Shown one piece after another: positions 11,580 through 21,946 of a DNA stretch of 64,000 nucleotides. The position numbers and the translations under genes are program-made. This stretch comes from Candidatus Bathyarchaeia archaeon (GTDB lineage Archaea; Thermoproteota; Bathyarchaeia; 40CM-2-53-6). Under the pieces are notes generated by a model, which was given only the letters and a program-made list of their open reading frames with translations, was not told where the DNA came from and searched no databases. The stretch covers positions 608,001 to 672,000 of the forward strand of contig JBEKFP010000001.1 in assembly GCA_050013255.1 (NCBI GenBank), read 5' to 3'. Position 1 is the stretch's first letter; every line of letters begins with the position of its first letter.

Positions 11580-12281
11580 TTATTTCTGAAGCAAGACTCT
11601 AGAGTTATCAGACATCGTTAGTTCATGCCATCTTCGGTCAAATTGCATATTTCTCATAGTTCTGATTCGCATGAAGTCACGCGTTTCCTCGCCAACATCC
11701 TCAACCTTGAAATCGACGATTCCATCAACCGCCGCTTCGAGTTGCTTGTAAGCCCAGTTGCTATGAATTCCAGCCATGAAGCCGATTATCTGGGTCATTT
11801 GCCTCGGTTTGGCCATTGGAATGGGTCGGGTTAAGTACAATTCAACCCAGTTCTTCTCATCGTTGAATCTATCAAGAACTGAACTGTTGTCCGCTATAAC
11901 GAGAAATTCAGGTGCGGGTGATTCGACCATCGCCTCCCTTGCTATCCAAATGCTAAGGTCGGCGACTTTCAACGATTCGGGGGCGAACTTTTCCTTGGAT
12001 TTCTGACCCAGCGAGAGTGTGTAGAAGTCAGTAATCCATAGTCTGTCCTTCTGTTCCATATCCTCAACTGGAAGCCCTAACCCCCGAAGTTGAAAGCGGA
12101 CATCATTAGGTGATTGGGAATGTGCAATGTAGCTAACACTACCACCGGTCCTCAGCCATACTGCTGCAATTGTGAGCGACGCGTTGTACCATTGTGATGC
12201 AGGGTCAAATTCGACGAGAATATTGGTTCCTGGAGAGACCGGCCCCGTAGTCAAATCCTCGATCAATTCAAGGCGCGGCAC
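11580..12281 (-). CDS. RAD55/KaiC-like protein with degenerate Walker A
   Basis: KaiC layout; Walker A site reads FDPASQWY; C-terminal DGIVDF..RIRTMR. Confidence 0.75.
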   Translation of the reverse strand: MPRLELIEDLTTGPVSPGTNILVEFDPASQWYNASLTIAAVWLRTGGSVSYIAHSQSPNDVRFQLRGLGLPVEDMEQKDRLWITDFYTLSLGQKSKEKFAPESLKVADLSIWIAREAMVESPAPEFLVIADNSSVLDRFNDEKNWVELYLTRPIPMAKPRQMTQIIGFMAGIHSNWAYKQLEAAVDGIVDFKVEDVGEETRDFMRIRTMRNMQFDRRWHELTMSDNSRVLLQK

Positions 12282-12430
12282 GTCAAGAACACACGCCGAT
12301 CATACTAAGCACGGGAAGTTCTGGTTTTCGGTTCGCCTTGATAAGTTGGCGTGAACACGCACGACAATATTAGACCCCTTAAGGTACGAAGTAGCGAAAA
12401 GTAGAGTTTCCATCTCAGCGAGCTGAATTC

Positions 12431-12874
12431 ATGTTGAAGGGAAAAGCATTCGCATTCTTCACTTCTAGAACAATTATCGTTCACATTGCCACCTACCTAC
12501 TTGCCGGCATGGTGGCCTACTGGATTCAGTGGAGTGGAGTGTATGGGGGGCCTGCGATGCAAACGTACATGAAACCCGCAAGCGAATACGCCGCATGGGT
12601 TATTCCTTCTCAGATTCTGAGAGGTTTCATATTGGCGGTAGCGCTTTACCCGTTTCTCGGCAGAATTCTTGAAATGAAACGCTGGGGTTGGCTGTCCGTT
12701 TCTTCGCTCTATCTCCTAATTGGTACAATAGCGGGAAGCGGAGGTGTTATCGAACACATCGTCTTCACTACCACTCTCGTAACTTTCACTTTGGCAACGC
12801 TCCCAGAGATAACCGTACAAGGATTGCTGTTCGGATACCTGCTAGTGTCTTGGGAACGACGATCTCGTAAATGA
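12431..12874 (+). CDS. Hypothetical 4-TM membrane protein
   Basis: Four hydrophobic segments; coupled to the downstream methyltransferase. Confidence 0.7.
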   Translation: MLKGKAFAFFTSRTIIVHIATYLLAGMVAYWIQWSGVYGGPAMQTYMKPASEYAAWVIPSQILRGFILAVALYPFLGRILEMKRWGWLSVSSLYLLIGTIAGSGGVIEHIVFTTTLVTFTLATLPEITVQGLLFGYLLVSWERRSRK

Positions 12875-12887
12875 AATTCAGTGATCA

Positions 12888-13643
12888 ATGATGGTAGCAA
12901 CCCCAGAATACGGCAACTGGGTTTCAAAGAGATTCATCTATACACCGGGTTTAGTAGGCCTCACGTTTTCCGCGTTCGCTCTTGTTCTCCCCGCCTTGCT
13001 GATCATTGCTGGACTGGTCTTCATAGTTGCGGCCTACTTTGCATACGCTCGATACCTGTTCGCGCGCGATGGAAGAAATATGCAAGACCGGGTCGTTGAA
13101 TTGGTGCTTGCAAATCTGGACTGGAATGGGGAGGGCCAGGCATTGGATATAGGCTGCGGAAGTGCCGCCCTGACAATCAAACTCGTTAAGAAGTATCCCA
13201 AGGCTCGAGTCATAGGGATTGATTATTGGGGCGAGAGATGGGAATTCTCGAAGGAGATGTGTGAGAGGAATGCTGAGATCGAAGGGGTGCGTGATCGTGT
13301 GGCCTTCCAGAAAGCCAGTGCTTCAAGCTTGCCATTTGCCGACGGATATTTCGATGCGGTGATCAGCAATCTCGTATTTCATGAAGTGAGTGACGCTGCG
13401 GATAAGCGAGATGTCATTCGAGAAGCTTTGCGCGTGCTTAAGAAAGGCGGGAAATTCACTTTTCAGGATCTGTTTTTGATGAAGCGAGTATACGGCGACA
13501 TTGGCGACCTGATCGCTACCGTTCGTGGTTGGGGCATAAGAAAGGTGGAATTTGTTCGGACACGAGACTCGGTTTTCATTCCATTGGCCCTAAAATTGCC
13601 GTTCATGGTGGGAGCAATGAGCATTATCACTGGAAAGAAATGA
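12888..13643 (+). CDS. Class I SAM-dependent methyltransferase with N-terminal TM hairpin
   Basis: LDIGCGS, LPF.D..FD.V.SN, LKKGG. Confidence 0.88.
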   Translation: MMVATPEYGNWVSKRFIYTPGLVGLTFSAFALVLPALLIIAGLVFIVAAYFAYARYLFARDGRNMQDRVVELVLANLDWNGEGQALDIGCGSAALTIKLVKKYPKARVIGIDYWGERWEFSKEMCERNAEIEGVRDRVAFQKASASSLPFADGYFDAVISNLVFHEVSDAADKRDVIREALRVLKKGGKFTFQDLFLMKRVYGDIGDLIATVRGWGIRKVEFVRTRDSVFIPLALKLPFMVGAMSIITGKK

Positions 13644-13684
13644 AATGAGGGAACGAGCTGTGATTCAGCCCGAGTCCCGGAGCA

Positions 13685-13752
13685 TCCTCAGTTTGGCTGT
13701 CAGCTGAGAACGTTGGGTCAATTATCAACTCGTCAGGCTTAGCGTCCTTCAC
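13685..13752. repeat. 68-bp exact direct repeat, copy 1 (orphan piece of the LLM gene 3' region)
   Basis: Identical to 14391-14458 base by base. Confidence 0.95.
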
Positions 13753-13755
13753 TAC

Positions 13756-14169
13756 TCATATTCCTAATGCGGCACTCAACGAGAAGGCGCCTGCGCCGAG
13801 AACGATCATGGTCATTGCAAGCAGAATGTATGTCACATCAGTTTCGTATGCTGAAGCATTCTCCCCGATAAGATAAGGTGCTTTCATCTTAGTCTTCTTC
13901 AAGGCGATGTTTCCAATCATCTCTAGGGCGATGAAGAAGGCTACTATTGGGACTAGGAACCCGAGGATGAGTGCTATTCCTCCAAAGAATTCAAGCACGA
14001 TTACAGCAACCGTAGCGGCTGCCGGAACACCGAGACCCCCGGTCCATTTGAGAGTCGCTTGAGGATTCTTCAGCTTCGGGTACCCGTGCATTACGAATGT
14101 TGCTCCTACAACCACTCGGAGTAGTAACGTTAGGTAAGGCGTGTAAAACATTAGCATATCAAGTAACAT
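13756..14169 (-). CDS. DoxX family membrane protein
   Basis: LLRVVVG..F..HG..K, EFFGG. Confidence 0.88.
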   Translation of the reverse strand: MLLDMLMFYTPYLTLLLRVVVGATFVMHGYPKLKNPQATLKWTGGLGVPAAATVAVIVLEFFGGIALILGFLVPIVAFFIALEMIGNIALKKTKMKAPYLIGENASAYETDVTYILLAMTMIVLGAGAFSLSAALGI

Positions 14170-14347
14170 GTACCATCACAAACTGCACAGATTACCACTC
14201 GATTATTAATGCTTATCAGCAGAAGAACGACAACCAACCAAGAGCAAACGCTAAGCGGGGGACGAGGCTCACGAGCAACTCACCCCTACCGGAACCACCA
14301 TAGTTCCAAGTCGTAGGTGTATTGGAAAATGAGGGCGGGTATGAGCA

Positions 14348-15256
14348 TCAGACCATTTTGCGGATTTGCTCAAGATTTCTCAGGAAGCCTTCCTCAGTTT
14401 GGCTGTCAGCTGAGAACGTTGGGTCAATTATCAACTCGTCAGGCTTAGCGTCCTTCACCGCTCGGATGTCTTCTTTGATCTGGTCTAGGTTACCGGAACA
14501 GAAGTTTCTTTCTTTTCCGAGAGGTTGTGGTCTAACGTCAATGTTGTATCGGGCCACGATCTTGAAGGCGGCCGGGTCGCGGCCAGCGCTCTTAACCATA
14601 CCCTTGATTTGGACCGACATCGACGTCAGTTGATCAACAGAAACGCCTACTGGCATCCAACCATCAGCGAAGGTTGCTACACGTTTCATTGCCAAAGGTG
14701 CAAACGCTGCCATGTAGATAGGGGGGTGTGGCTTCTGCACCGGTTTGGGCTGGATAATGGATTTGGGAAGTTGGAAGTATTTTCCGTGAAATTCAACTGG
14801 GTCCGTTGTCCAGATTGCTTTGACGACTTTTAGAAATTCGTCTGCGCGTTTGCCTCGCCCTTTCAGCGACGTGCCGATTGCATCGTATTCGTCCTTGGAC
14901 CAACCTAGCCCGAACCCGACTTTCAGCCTCCCATTCGAGAGTTGGTCTAGTGTGGTTAACCGTCGGGCGAGTAGAACTGGGTTGTAGAATGGTATGTCAA
15001 GGACACTCGTGCCTAAGGAGACTCGGTTTGTGTGCGCAGCGGCAAAGGTCAAAGTTTCAATCGGGTCGAAAACGCGTTTGTAGACGTCTGGAATCGGCCC
15101 ACCATAGTATGATGTCTGAGGATTTACAGGCCATAGGAGGCGCTCGGTCACCCAGAGCCCATCATAACCCAATTCCTCTGCACGCTTCGCAACTTTGATA
15201 ATCGTGCGAGGGTCCGCCACAGGTCCCAACTGAGGAAGAAAGAATCCTGTTTTCAT
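14348..15256 (-). CDS. LLM-class F420-dependent oxidoreductase
   Basis: AEELGYDGLWV, LGTSV, LD.LSNGR, PKPVQKPHPPI. Confidence 0.9.
   Translation of the reverse strand: MKTGFFLPQLGPVADPRTIIKVAKRAEELGYDGLWVTERLLWPVNPQTSYYGGPIPDVYKRVFDPIETLTFAAAHTNRVSLGTSVLDIPFYNPVLLARRLTTLDQLSNGRLKVGFGLGWSKDEYDAIGTSLKGRGKRADEFLKVVKAIWTTDPVEFHGKYFQLPKSIIQPKPVQKPHPPIYMAAFAPLAMKRVATFADGWMPVGVSVDQLTSMSVQIKGMVKSAGRDPAAFKIVARYNIDVRPQPLGKERNFCSGNLDQIKEDIRAVKDAKPDELIIDPTFSADSQTEEGFLRNLEQIRKMV
14391..14458. repeat. 68-bp exact direct repeat, copy 2 (inside the LLM CDS)
   Basis: Identical to 13685-13752. Confidence 0.95.
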
Positions 15257-15452
15257 TGACATCCTTTCCCGCAAAGCTTTCAACCAATCTATAAACTGAT
15301 TGCAGCGAAGGCGATTTCAAGGGAACGACAAACCTAGCTATGTCCTGATCGTGAAGGAACCAAGAGAGAAGGAATTTCTTGCACCTGCAGCAACCTTCGT
15401 GCTGGCTGGGGTTAGACGCGCTGGCTGTCACGTTAGCTGCGTATTGACCGGG

Positions 15453-15812
15453 TCAGATTCTATCCAGTTTTTCTAATGTGCGCTCGTCCCGTAGGTTTCC
15501 TGTATTTAGTGTGGATGCTGGTTCGAATAGGAGAATGTGAGCTTCTTCTTCGGCGACGGGTCGGTGCTCCACTCCTCGCGGCACAACAATGAACTCTCCT
15601 TCCTCAAGCCACACGTGTTTATCGCGGAACTCCATTCGGAACCTGCCCTTTACGACCAGAAACATCTCATCCTCTTTTTCGTGGTGGTGCCAAACGAATT
15701 CACCTTTAAGCTTGTCAAACTTCACACATTGCCCATTCAGCTCAGCGGCAATGTAGGGTTTCCAGTATTCTTTGATCTGCTTAAATTTCTCAGCAAGGTT
15801 TACCTTCTCCAT
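15453..15812 (-). CDS. Cupin domain protein
   Basis: FVWHHH..EDE, PRGVEHRP. Confidence 0.88.
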   Translation of the reverse strand: MEKVNLAEKFKQIKEYWKPYIAAELNGQCVKFDKLKGEFVWHHHEKEDEMFLVVKGRFRMEFRDKHVWLEEGEFIVVPRGVEHRPVAEEEAHILLFEPASTLNTGNLRDERTLEKLDRI

Positions 15813-15900
15813 AAACCCCCCTCCGTTGACTGTATTACTCGCTAGGTACCTTGAAATGGTTTACATATCCCGAAATTATGCAGGGGCAGCTGAGTAAGCG

Positions 15901-16902
15901 TTGACTACGAAGATGCGATTACCACCACGAGAAGCTTTCTTCATCGCTGGCCTCGTGATCATATTGCTTCTGGCAGCCTTCATCATGAACGTTAGCGCCT
16001 CGGCGAAAACTGCCCAAACGACAACTACGAGAAACGTAATCATTGAATGGACGAAAAACCTGAGTGACCAGGATAGGTTCTATCCGGATTTCATAATAGT
16101 AAACCAGGGTGACACAGTTGCCCTCACATTCATCAACAATGATACGGTCGTTCATGATTTTGTAATTGGCCCTCCATACAATATTATGGTGAATGCTTCA
16201 GTCCCCGGCCTGCACGATGACATCACGGGCCAACTAATGACCTCGGCCGCAACACGAAACTCACCCGGGGTCGTCGTTTCAGGTACTCCGGGCAATGTTT
16301 CAGCCACGTATACCTTCATGGCAAAGTATGCTGGTATCTTTGAGTATGTGTGCACGTACCACATTCAGGTCGGCATGATTGGTTACATGGTCGTTCTCGC
16401 ACCAAATACATCCAGTATAACCCAACCCACAAGCCCCAATCAAACGGTGTCCCAAAGCTCAACGGTGATTCAGGTAAGCATCGACCCTGGGTCGGGTACT
16501 AACGTCAACTTGCCGGGCTATACGCCTACGGACCTGACGATTGTCATCGGAGTCAACAACACGGTGAAATGGACCAACAACGACATCATGCCACACACGG
16601 TTACTGCGACGGATGGAAGTTTTGATTCAGGGAACATTAACCCTAGCGGCACATACGTTTACACTTTCACTAAGGTGGGTGTTTACCAGTACACTTGCTC
16701 GTACCATAATTGGATGCATGGTACTCTGAATGTTGTGACTGAAACGATTGGCCAAGAATCCCAAGAACATGGAGAATTCAGCATCGTCCTGACGGCATAT
16801 GAGATCTACGGAATAATCGGATTCGGAATAGTTGCGTTACTAGCAATCATGATGGTAATTGGGAGGACAAAACGCGCAGGCGAGCGAACCACGACCGCGT
16901 AG
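15901..16902 (+). CDS. Membrane-anchored tandem cupredoxin
   Basis: Two type-1 Cu ligand sets (H..CTYHIQVGM and H..CSYHNWM); N- and C-terminal TM. Confidence 0.85.
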   Translation: MTTKMRLPPREAFFIAGLVIILLLAAFIMNVSASAKTAQTTTTRNVIIEWTKNLSDQDRFYPDFIIVNQGDTVALTFINNDTVVHDFVIGPPYNIMVNASVPGLHDDITGQLMTSAATRNSPGVVVSGTPGNVSATYTFMAKYAGIFEYVCTYHIQVGMIGYMVVLAPNTSSITQPTSPNQTVSQSSTVIQVSIDPGSGTNVNLPGYTPTDLTIVIGVNNTVKWTNNDIMPHTVTATDGSFDSGNINPSGTYVYTFTKVGVYQYTCSYHNWMHGTLNVVTETIGQESQEHGEFSIVLTAYEIYGIIGFGIVALLAIMMVIGRTKRAGERTTTA

Positions 16903-16962
16903 AAACTGGCTTCATCCATATCTCAAACGGCTTCGAGCATAGACATCGTTATTCCTTGAAAC

Positions 16963-17496
16963 TCAGACCTGCTTCAGGCTCTTCAGGTAGAGTTCTTGGC
17001 AATGCTCGATGACTTTTCTTGCGGCCTCTGCTTTTTCCCAACCTAACACTTTGACTTGTTTCCCTTCCAAGACCTTGTACGTTTCGAATAGGTACGCGAT
17101 TTCTTTGAGAATGTGCTCTGGCAGACTGTCCAAGTCGTGATATTCAGCGTACCTGGGATCGCCAGTAGGAACAGCCAAGATCTTATCATCCCTTTTGTTG
17201 TCGTCCAGCATCCGAAGCAGTCCCAGAGGCCTCGCTGACATTATGCATCCTGGAAAGGTAGGGCTCGTTACCAGGACGAGAATATCAAGCGGGTCACCAT
17301 CTTCATCGAGAGTCCGCGGGAGAAAACCGTAATCGCCGGGAAAATGCACCGCTGAGAAAAGCACGCGGTCAAGAACTATGGCTTTCTTCTTCACATCGTA
17401 TTCGTATTTGTTTTCAGTTCCTTTCGGGCTCTCAATAACTGCGTACACAACCTCTGGCGAGTTAGGCCCTGTTTCAAGGTCACGCAGGAAATCCAA
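16963..17496 (-). CDS. ppa: Inorganic pyrophosphatase, family I
   Basis: NKYEYD, DGDPLD, DDKILAV. Confidence 0.95.
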   Translation of the reverse strand: MDFLRDLETGPNSPEVVYAVIESPKGTENKYEYDVKKKAIVLDRVLFSAVHFPGDYGFLPRTLDEDGDPLDILVLVTSPTFPGCIMSARPLGLLRMLDDNKRDDKILAVPTGDPRYAEYHDLDSLPEHILKEIAYLFETYKVLEGKQVKVLGWEKAEAARKVIEHCQELYLKSLKQV

Positions 17497-17606
17497 TTGC
17501 GCTCTTCCTCATTTTCTTTGAATATGCGACGCTTCCTTAATGGGGCTTACTCACGTGCGCAAACCTCACAGTTACGACCATGCAAACCAATGATTGTTCT
17601 ACGGCC

Positions 17607-18239
17607 TTAGATACGGAGCCCTAGTAATATGACAACTCCAAATCCAATTATCACGAAATTTCCAACCGTGAATGTTGCTAGTTGTAGCTTCGCGGAAAGA
17701 TGCTTGTGCGCTATACCGCTGATCGATGCTAAGAAACTCTGCCAAGAGAACGAGGCAATGAAGGCCCCGGAGATGAAGAGGATTGCGTTTACGGAGGATG
17801 AGGAAAAACCCTGCATTCCTAGGATTAGAGCTGTGAAGTATGTTACGGTTACAGGGTTCAGAAGCGTTAACCCGAGAACCATTCCGTAGGTCTGTGGGCA
17901 ATTCGTAGTTCTAAGCCTGGGTTTGCGTGTTCGACCTGAGCGATTTCTTCCGTGATACAGCAACCATGCACCCAGCGCGATTAACCCTATTGCGCTTCCC
18001 ACGCGTAGGATAGGCGCGAAGGGTGCGAGAAATGAGACCAGTAGTGTACCTGCGAGAGCTGCGACCGTTGCATAAATCAGGTCCGCTGATGCAGCGCCAG
18101 CCCCCGCGCTTAAGGCAACCCTGAAACCTCGACGGAGGCCTAGCTCAAGGATTAGAATAGCAATTGGGCCAACTGGAATCGCGATACCGTACCCTGCGAA
18201 AACGCCACTCAGAAACGCATCGAAAGAAAAGCTGACCAT
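17607..18239 (-). CDS. LysE family exporter
   Basis: IPVGPI, GA..AD, LTLLNP. Confidence 0.85.
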   Translation of the reverse strand: MVSFSFDAFLSGVFAGYGIAIPVGPIAILILELGLRRGFRVALSAGAGAASADLIYATVAALAGTLLVSFLAPFAPILRVGSAIGLIALGAWLLYHGRNRSGRTRKPRLRTTNCPQTYGMVLGLTLLNPVTVTYFTALILGMQGFSSSSVNAILFISGAFIASFSWQSFLASISGIAHKHLSAKLQLATFTVGNFVIIGFGVVILLGLRI

Positions 18240-18342
18240 TGACTGTGCCCAGAAGCGATGAAAGGACTAAGCGGAGATCGTATGCACTTTCCTAAGCCTG
18301 CGTCTATGGTGCGGGCAACTGAATTTGAATCAGGTAGCTTAC

Positions 18343-18663
18343 TCATTCCGCTTGGACAGTTTCTTCCTCTTCGTAATCTTCTTCGTTCTCGCGGGTGAGA
18401 GTTATCTCTATTATTGAAATGTTTCCTCTAGTACCATCAAAGCGAGTGACATCCTCTGAACCCAAGTTTATGCTAACAATTTGAGCGTCCTTGAGGAAAC
18501 TTCGCTTCAGCATTTGCACCGTATCGATCGCTTTCTCTATCGCCTGCCCCCTCGCCCTAACCATAACTTCCCCATTTCCTGAATTGAAGAGGGTAACGCA
18601 TGCGGTTACGTAGTTCATGATGGGTTTCTTTCCGATTCGGACAAGGTTTGATTGTTCACTCAT
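18343..18663 (-). CDS. albA: Chromatin/RNA-binding protein Alba with acidic tail
   Basis: IGKKPIMNYV, RARGQAI.KAID, ISIIEI. Confidence 0.92.
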   Translation of the reverse strand: MSEQSNLVRIGKKPIMNYVTACVTLFNSGNGEVMVRARGQAIEKAIDTVQMLKRSFLKDAQIVSINLGSEDVTRFDGTRGNISIIEITLTRENEEDYEEEETVQAE

Positions 18664-18795
18664 ATTCTTACCATGGTTTTGTTCTGTTGGGCTAACTGTA
18701 AGGAAGTTGGGTGTTCAGGGATTTTGTAATGGTAAGTTCTTCCATCGGTTATTCGAGATTTAAACGTACTTCCGTACTTCATTCGCGCTGAGCAT

Positions 18796-19794
18796 TTACC
18801 CGCCTATTGTGTGCATGGGCCTAACATGTTCAAGTTTATCGAACTTTTTCAGTAGCGTTTCCACGCCGGGCGCCTTCTGGGAGACAGAGTCGCGCATGAA
18901 ACCTAAAATTGCGTCGTCAGAGCCCCCGTTTCTGAGTAAAGGCCTAAGGTCGAAGCCCGTCTTGTCGAAAAGGCATGGAACAATTTTCCCGTCCGCTGAG
19001 AGCCGTAACCTATCGCAGTCTGAGCAAAACGGCTCAGTTATCGAGGTAATCACCCCAATCTCGCCCTGGCCGTCTTTGAACCGGTAGATTTTCGCGGTGC
19101 TCCCAGTTTCCCTTGTGACGGGTTCAAGTTGGTACTGCTTCTGAATGGTTTGGATAATCTCTTTTCCGCTCACTACCTTCTCCATTCCCCAAAGGCGTTG
19201 CCCGTCGAAGGGCATGTATTCGATAAAGCGAACCGTAATCTCGCCGGCCCTTGCCAACCCAGCTAGATCGCCTATCTCGTCCTCATTGCAACCTCGGATG
19301 ATTACGGCGTTAATTTTGAGCGGTTGGAACCCGTTCTCCTTCGCTGCCCTGATGCCTTCTACGACTTTGTGGAAAACTCCGCCCCCTGTGATTTCGCTGA
19401 ATCGTTCGGGTTTGAGGCTGTGGAGGCTTACGGTTATGCTTTGCAACCCAGCCTTTCTTAGGGCCTCGGCCTTTTCGGCTAGGAGGAACCCGTTAGTGGT
19501 CATGCTCAGCGAGCTGATTCCTGGGACGTGCGCTAGCATTTCAACGAGTTTTTCGATATCCCTACGCATCAGTGGCTCCCCGCCGCTTAGGCGGACCTTT
19601 TCCACTCCTAGTTCTGCGAAGAGTGATACAACTCGCTCGATTTCCTCGTAGCTGAGTATCTCATTCCTGGGCAGCCACACGGGGGTTTTGGGCATGCAGA
19701 ACTGGCAGCGGAAGTTGCAACGGTCCGTAACGGATATGCGAAGCTTGCGCGCAATGCGCCCAAAAGAGTCTGTTAGGGGAACCACGTAACCCAC
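18796..19794 (-). CDS. moaA: GTP 3',8-cyclase
   Basis: CNFRCQFC, CSDCDRLR..CL, C-terminal IGG. Confidence 0.96.
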   Translation of the reverse strand: MGYVVPLTDSFGRIARKLRISVTDRCNFRCQFCMPKTPVWLPRNEILSYEEIERVVSLFAELGVEKVRLSGGEPLMRRDIEKLVEMLAHVPGISSLSMTTNGFLLAEKAEALRKAGLQSITVSLHSLKPERFSEITGGGVFHKVVEGIRAAKENGFQPLKINAVIIRGCNEDEIGDLAGLARAGEITVRFIEYMPFDGQRLWGMEKVVSGKEIIQTIQKQYQLEPVTRETGSTAKIYRFKDGQGEIGVITSITEPFCSDCDRLRLSADGKIVPCLFDKTGFDLRPLLRNGGSDDAILGFMRDSVSQKAPGVETLLKKFDKLEHVRPMHTIGG

Positions 19795-19922
19795 GCCGTC
19801 GTTTGATCAGAATACTCGTAGGGAGTCATTTAAGCGATATCTCGAAGCCCCGTTCAGTTCACGGCTCAAACGGTTAACTTTCTTGAGCCACAACCCGTTG
19901 TGCATATGGCTTCTTGGAACCA

Positions 19923-20603
19923 CTAGTCTTTCTTTCGTCGTCGTATCGAAAGAACGACGAGGGCGACTATGAATAGAACGGCGAGAAAGATGACTGACTC
20001 GTAAAGTACATCGCTGGATACACTGAAAGCAGAAACGTTTTGATTTGAAATCGTCGGTGCAAACGTTGTCGAAGTTGACTCCGTAGATGATAGGTTTGAG
20101 GGCAGGTTACTCGCCATAAAGAATAGCGTCGTTGTAGTCTGCGAACTACTTTGGACAACAGAGGTAGTGCTTATCGTCATTTCATTCGGGAGTACCACGG
20201 ATAGTAGGAACGATGACCTGTAACTTCCTACTACGGACCCGAATAAGATCATGTAGGCGGTGGCGTAAACAGGGTACTGGCCGCTTGTTTGAGGTGCCGT
20301 GAATGTGTTTGTCACATCAACTCTTGCAGAATTTACGTTGTTAGAGCTAGTCGAGATGAGATTCTGATGACTGTCGAACAGGTCGATGCGGGCGCGTAGT
20401 GGGCCGACAGGGCAGGAATACAGGGTAACGGTGGTAGTGACGGTAACTGGCTGGTTGGCTGGGACTGGGTTGGGGTAGTTGAATGTGAGGAAGGCAATCT
20501 CGCATAGGTTTATGGCTTGAGCGTGCACGGCAGCATTGTTCCCAAGCAAGAGCAATAGACCGAGTAGGAACAGAGCGTACCGTGAAGCTGCCAAGTTGAG
20601 CAC
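19923..20603 (-). CDS. Secreted Ig-like protein with Ser/Thr linker and C-terminal TM
   Basis: Signal peptide, beta-rich core, TM + RRRKKD. Confidence 0.7.
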   Translation of the reverse strand: MLNLAASRYALFLLGLLLLLGNNAAVHAQAINLCEIAFLTFNYPNPVPANQPVTVTTTVTLYSCPVGPLRARIDLFDSHQNLISTSSNNVNSARVDVTNTFTAPQTSGQYPVYATAYMILFGSVVGSYRSSFLLSVVLPNEMTISTTSVVQSSSQTTTTLFFMASNLPSNLSSTESTSTTFAPTISNQNVSAFSVSSDVLYESVIFLAVLFIVALVVLSIRRRKKD

Positions 20604-20678
20604 TTTCGACCATCTAGTTTACGATAGTTTACGATAAAACCGTTCTCCCTGTACGCAGTTTTATCTTCCCGAAGCGCA

Positions 20679-21881
20679 GTGGGGTGGGGGACTTTGGATA
20701 AAGGAAAGTCGGCTAAGGAACTCGGGCTTCGCAACGTCATCAGGCTTGGGTACGTAAGTCTCTTCACCGACATCTCTACCGAAATGATACTTGGCGTTCT
20801 GCCGGTTAACTTCATCATCAACCAACTTGGCGCAACCGCTGCCATACTTGGCCTAATCGAGGGGTCCGCTGAGGCTGCCAACAACATATTCCGAATATTC
20901 GCCGGCGTCCTCACGGACAAGATTGCTAAGCGAAAGCCAATCGTTGTGATTGGCTATGGGTTGTCCACTCTTGCCAAACCGCTCTTCGCGGTGGCCAACT
21001 CGTGGGGTCAAGCGTTTGCTGTGCGAGTTGTTGACAGGGCTGGGAAAGGGACGAGAACAACCCCTAGAGACGCACTCATCAGCGACTCGATTCCTAAGTC
21101 GCAGGCTGGGAAAGGCTTCGGCCTGCATAGTTCAATGGATCAGGTGGGAGCAGTCTTGGGTCCCATCTTATCATTCGTGCTGCTTCCTGTGATCGGCCTT
21201 CGAAACTTGTTTTGGATTTCTTTCATCCCTGGGGCTATTTCTCTAATCATCCTTGTGTTCTTCGTGGCCGATGCTCGAGGACGGATGAGACGAAGGACCG
21301 TGTTCGAAAACGCTAAGGCCGTACTGACGAGGGATTTCGTGCTTTTGCTGGTGGTCTTGGGAATCTTCGCGGTAGGTGCCTACAATTTCTCGTTCATTCT
21401 GTTAGAGGCCCAGTCTCTCGGTGTACAAGGGAACTTTATTCCCTTAGTTTACGCTTTGCTGAATTTTGCCACAGTCATAATCGCCTTTCCGGCCGGTATC
21501 ATTGCAGATAGGATTGGAAAGCTGCCCGTCCTCCTCCTAAGCTTTCTAGTCTTCATGGGCACCTCGCTTGCTGGGGTTGTTCTTGTTGGATATTGGGCCT
21601 ACGGACTCCTAATCGCCATTTTCTACGGTGGTTACCTATCCATTTCGGATACTGTGCAGCGGGCCATGGTCCCAGACTTTACCCGGCCGGAACTGAAGGG
21701 CACCGCCTACGCCTTCTATTACACAATAATTGCCATAGGATCCCTCGTTGCGAACTCAGTATTCGGAGCCCTATGGACTAGCCTAGGCGCGGGGGCGGCG
21801 TTCCAGTTCAGCATCGCAACCTCCGCGGTCGCAGTAGTAGCCCTAATCCTCTTTACCGTTCTCCACCAGCGTTCGGGATGA
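20679..21881 (+). CDS. MFS transporter
   Basis: About 12 TM; DR.GKG.R..PRDALI. Confidence 0.9.
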   Translation: MGWGTLDKGKSAKELGLRNVIRLGYVSLFTDISTEMILGVLPVNFIINQLGATAAILGLIEGSAEAANNIFRIFAGVLTDKIAKRKPIVVIGYGLSTLAKPLFAVANSWGQAFAVRVVDRAGKGTRTTPRDALISDSIPKSQAGKGFGLHSSMDQVGAVLGPILSFVLLPVIGLRNLFWISFIPGAISLIILVFFVADARGRMRRRTVFENAKAVLTRDFVLLLVVLGIFAVGAYNFSFILLEAQSLGVQGNFIPLVYALLNFATVIIAFPAGIIADRIGKLPVLLLSFLVFMGTSLAGVVLVGYWAYGLLIAIFYGGYLSISDTVQRAMVPDFTRPELKGTAYAFYYTIIAIGSLVANSVFGALWTSLGAGAAFQFSIATSAVAVVALILFTVLHQRSG

Positions 21882-21946
21882 CTAACATGTTGTCGCCAGA
21901 AAACTACACCACATATTGAAACGACGCGAAAGAAACGTGAACTAAC

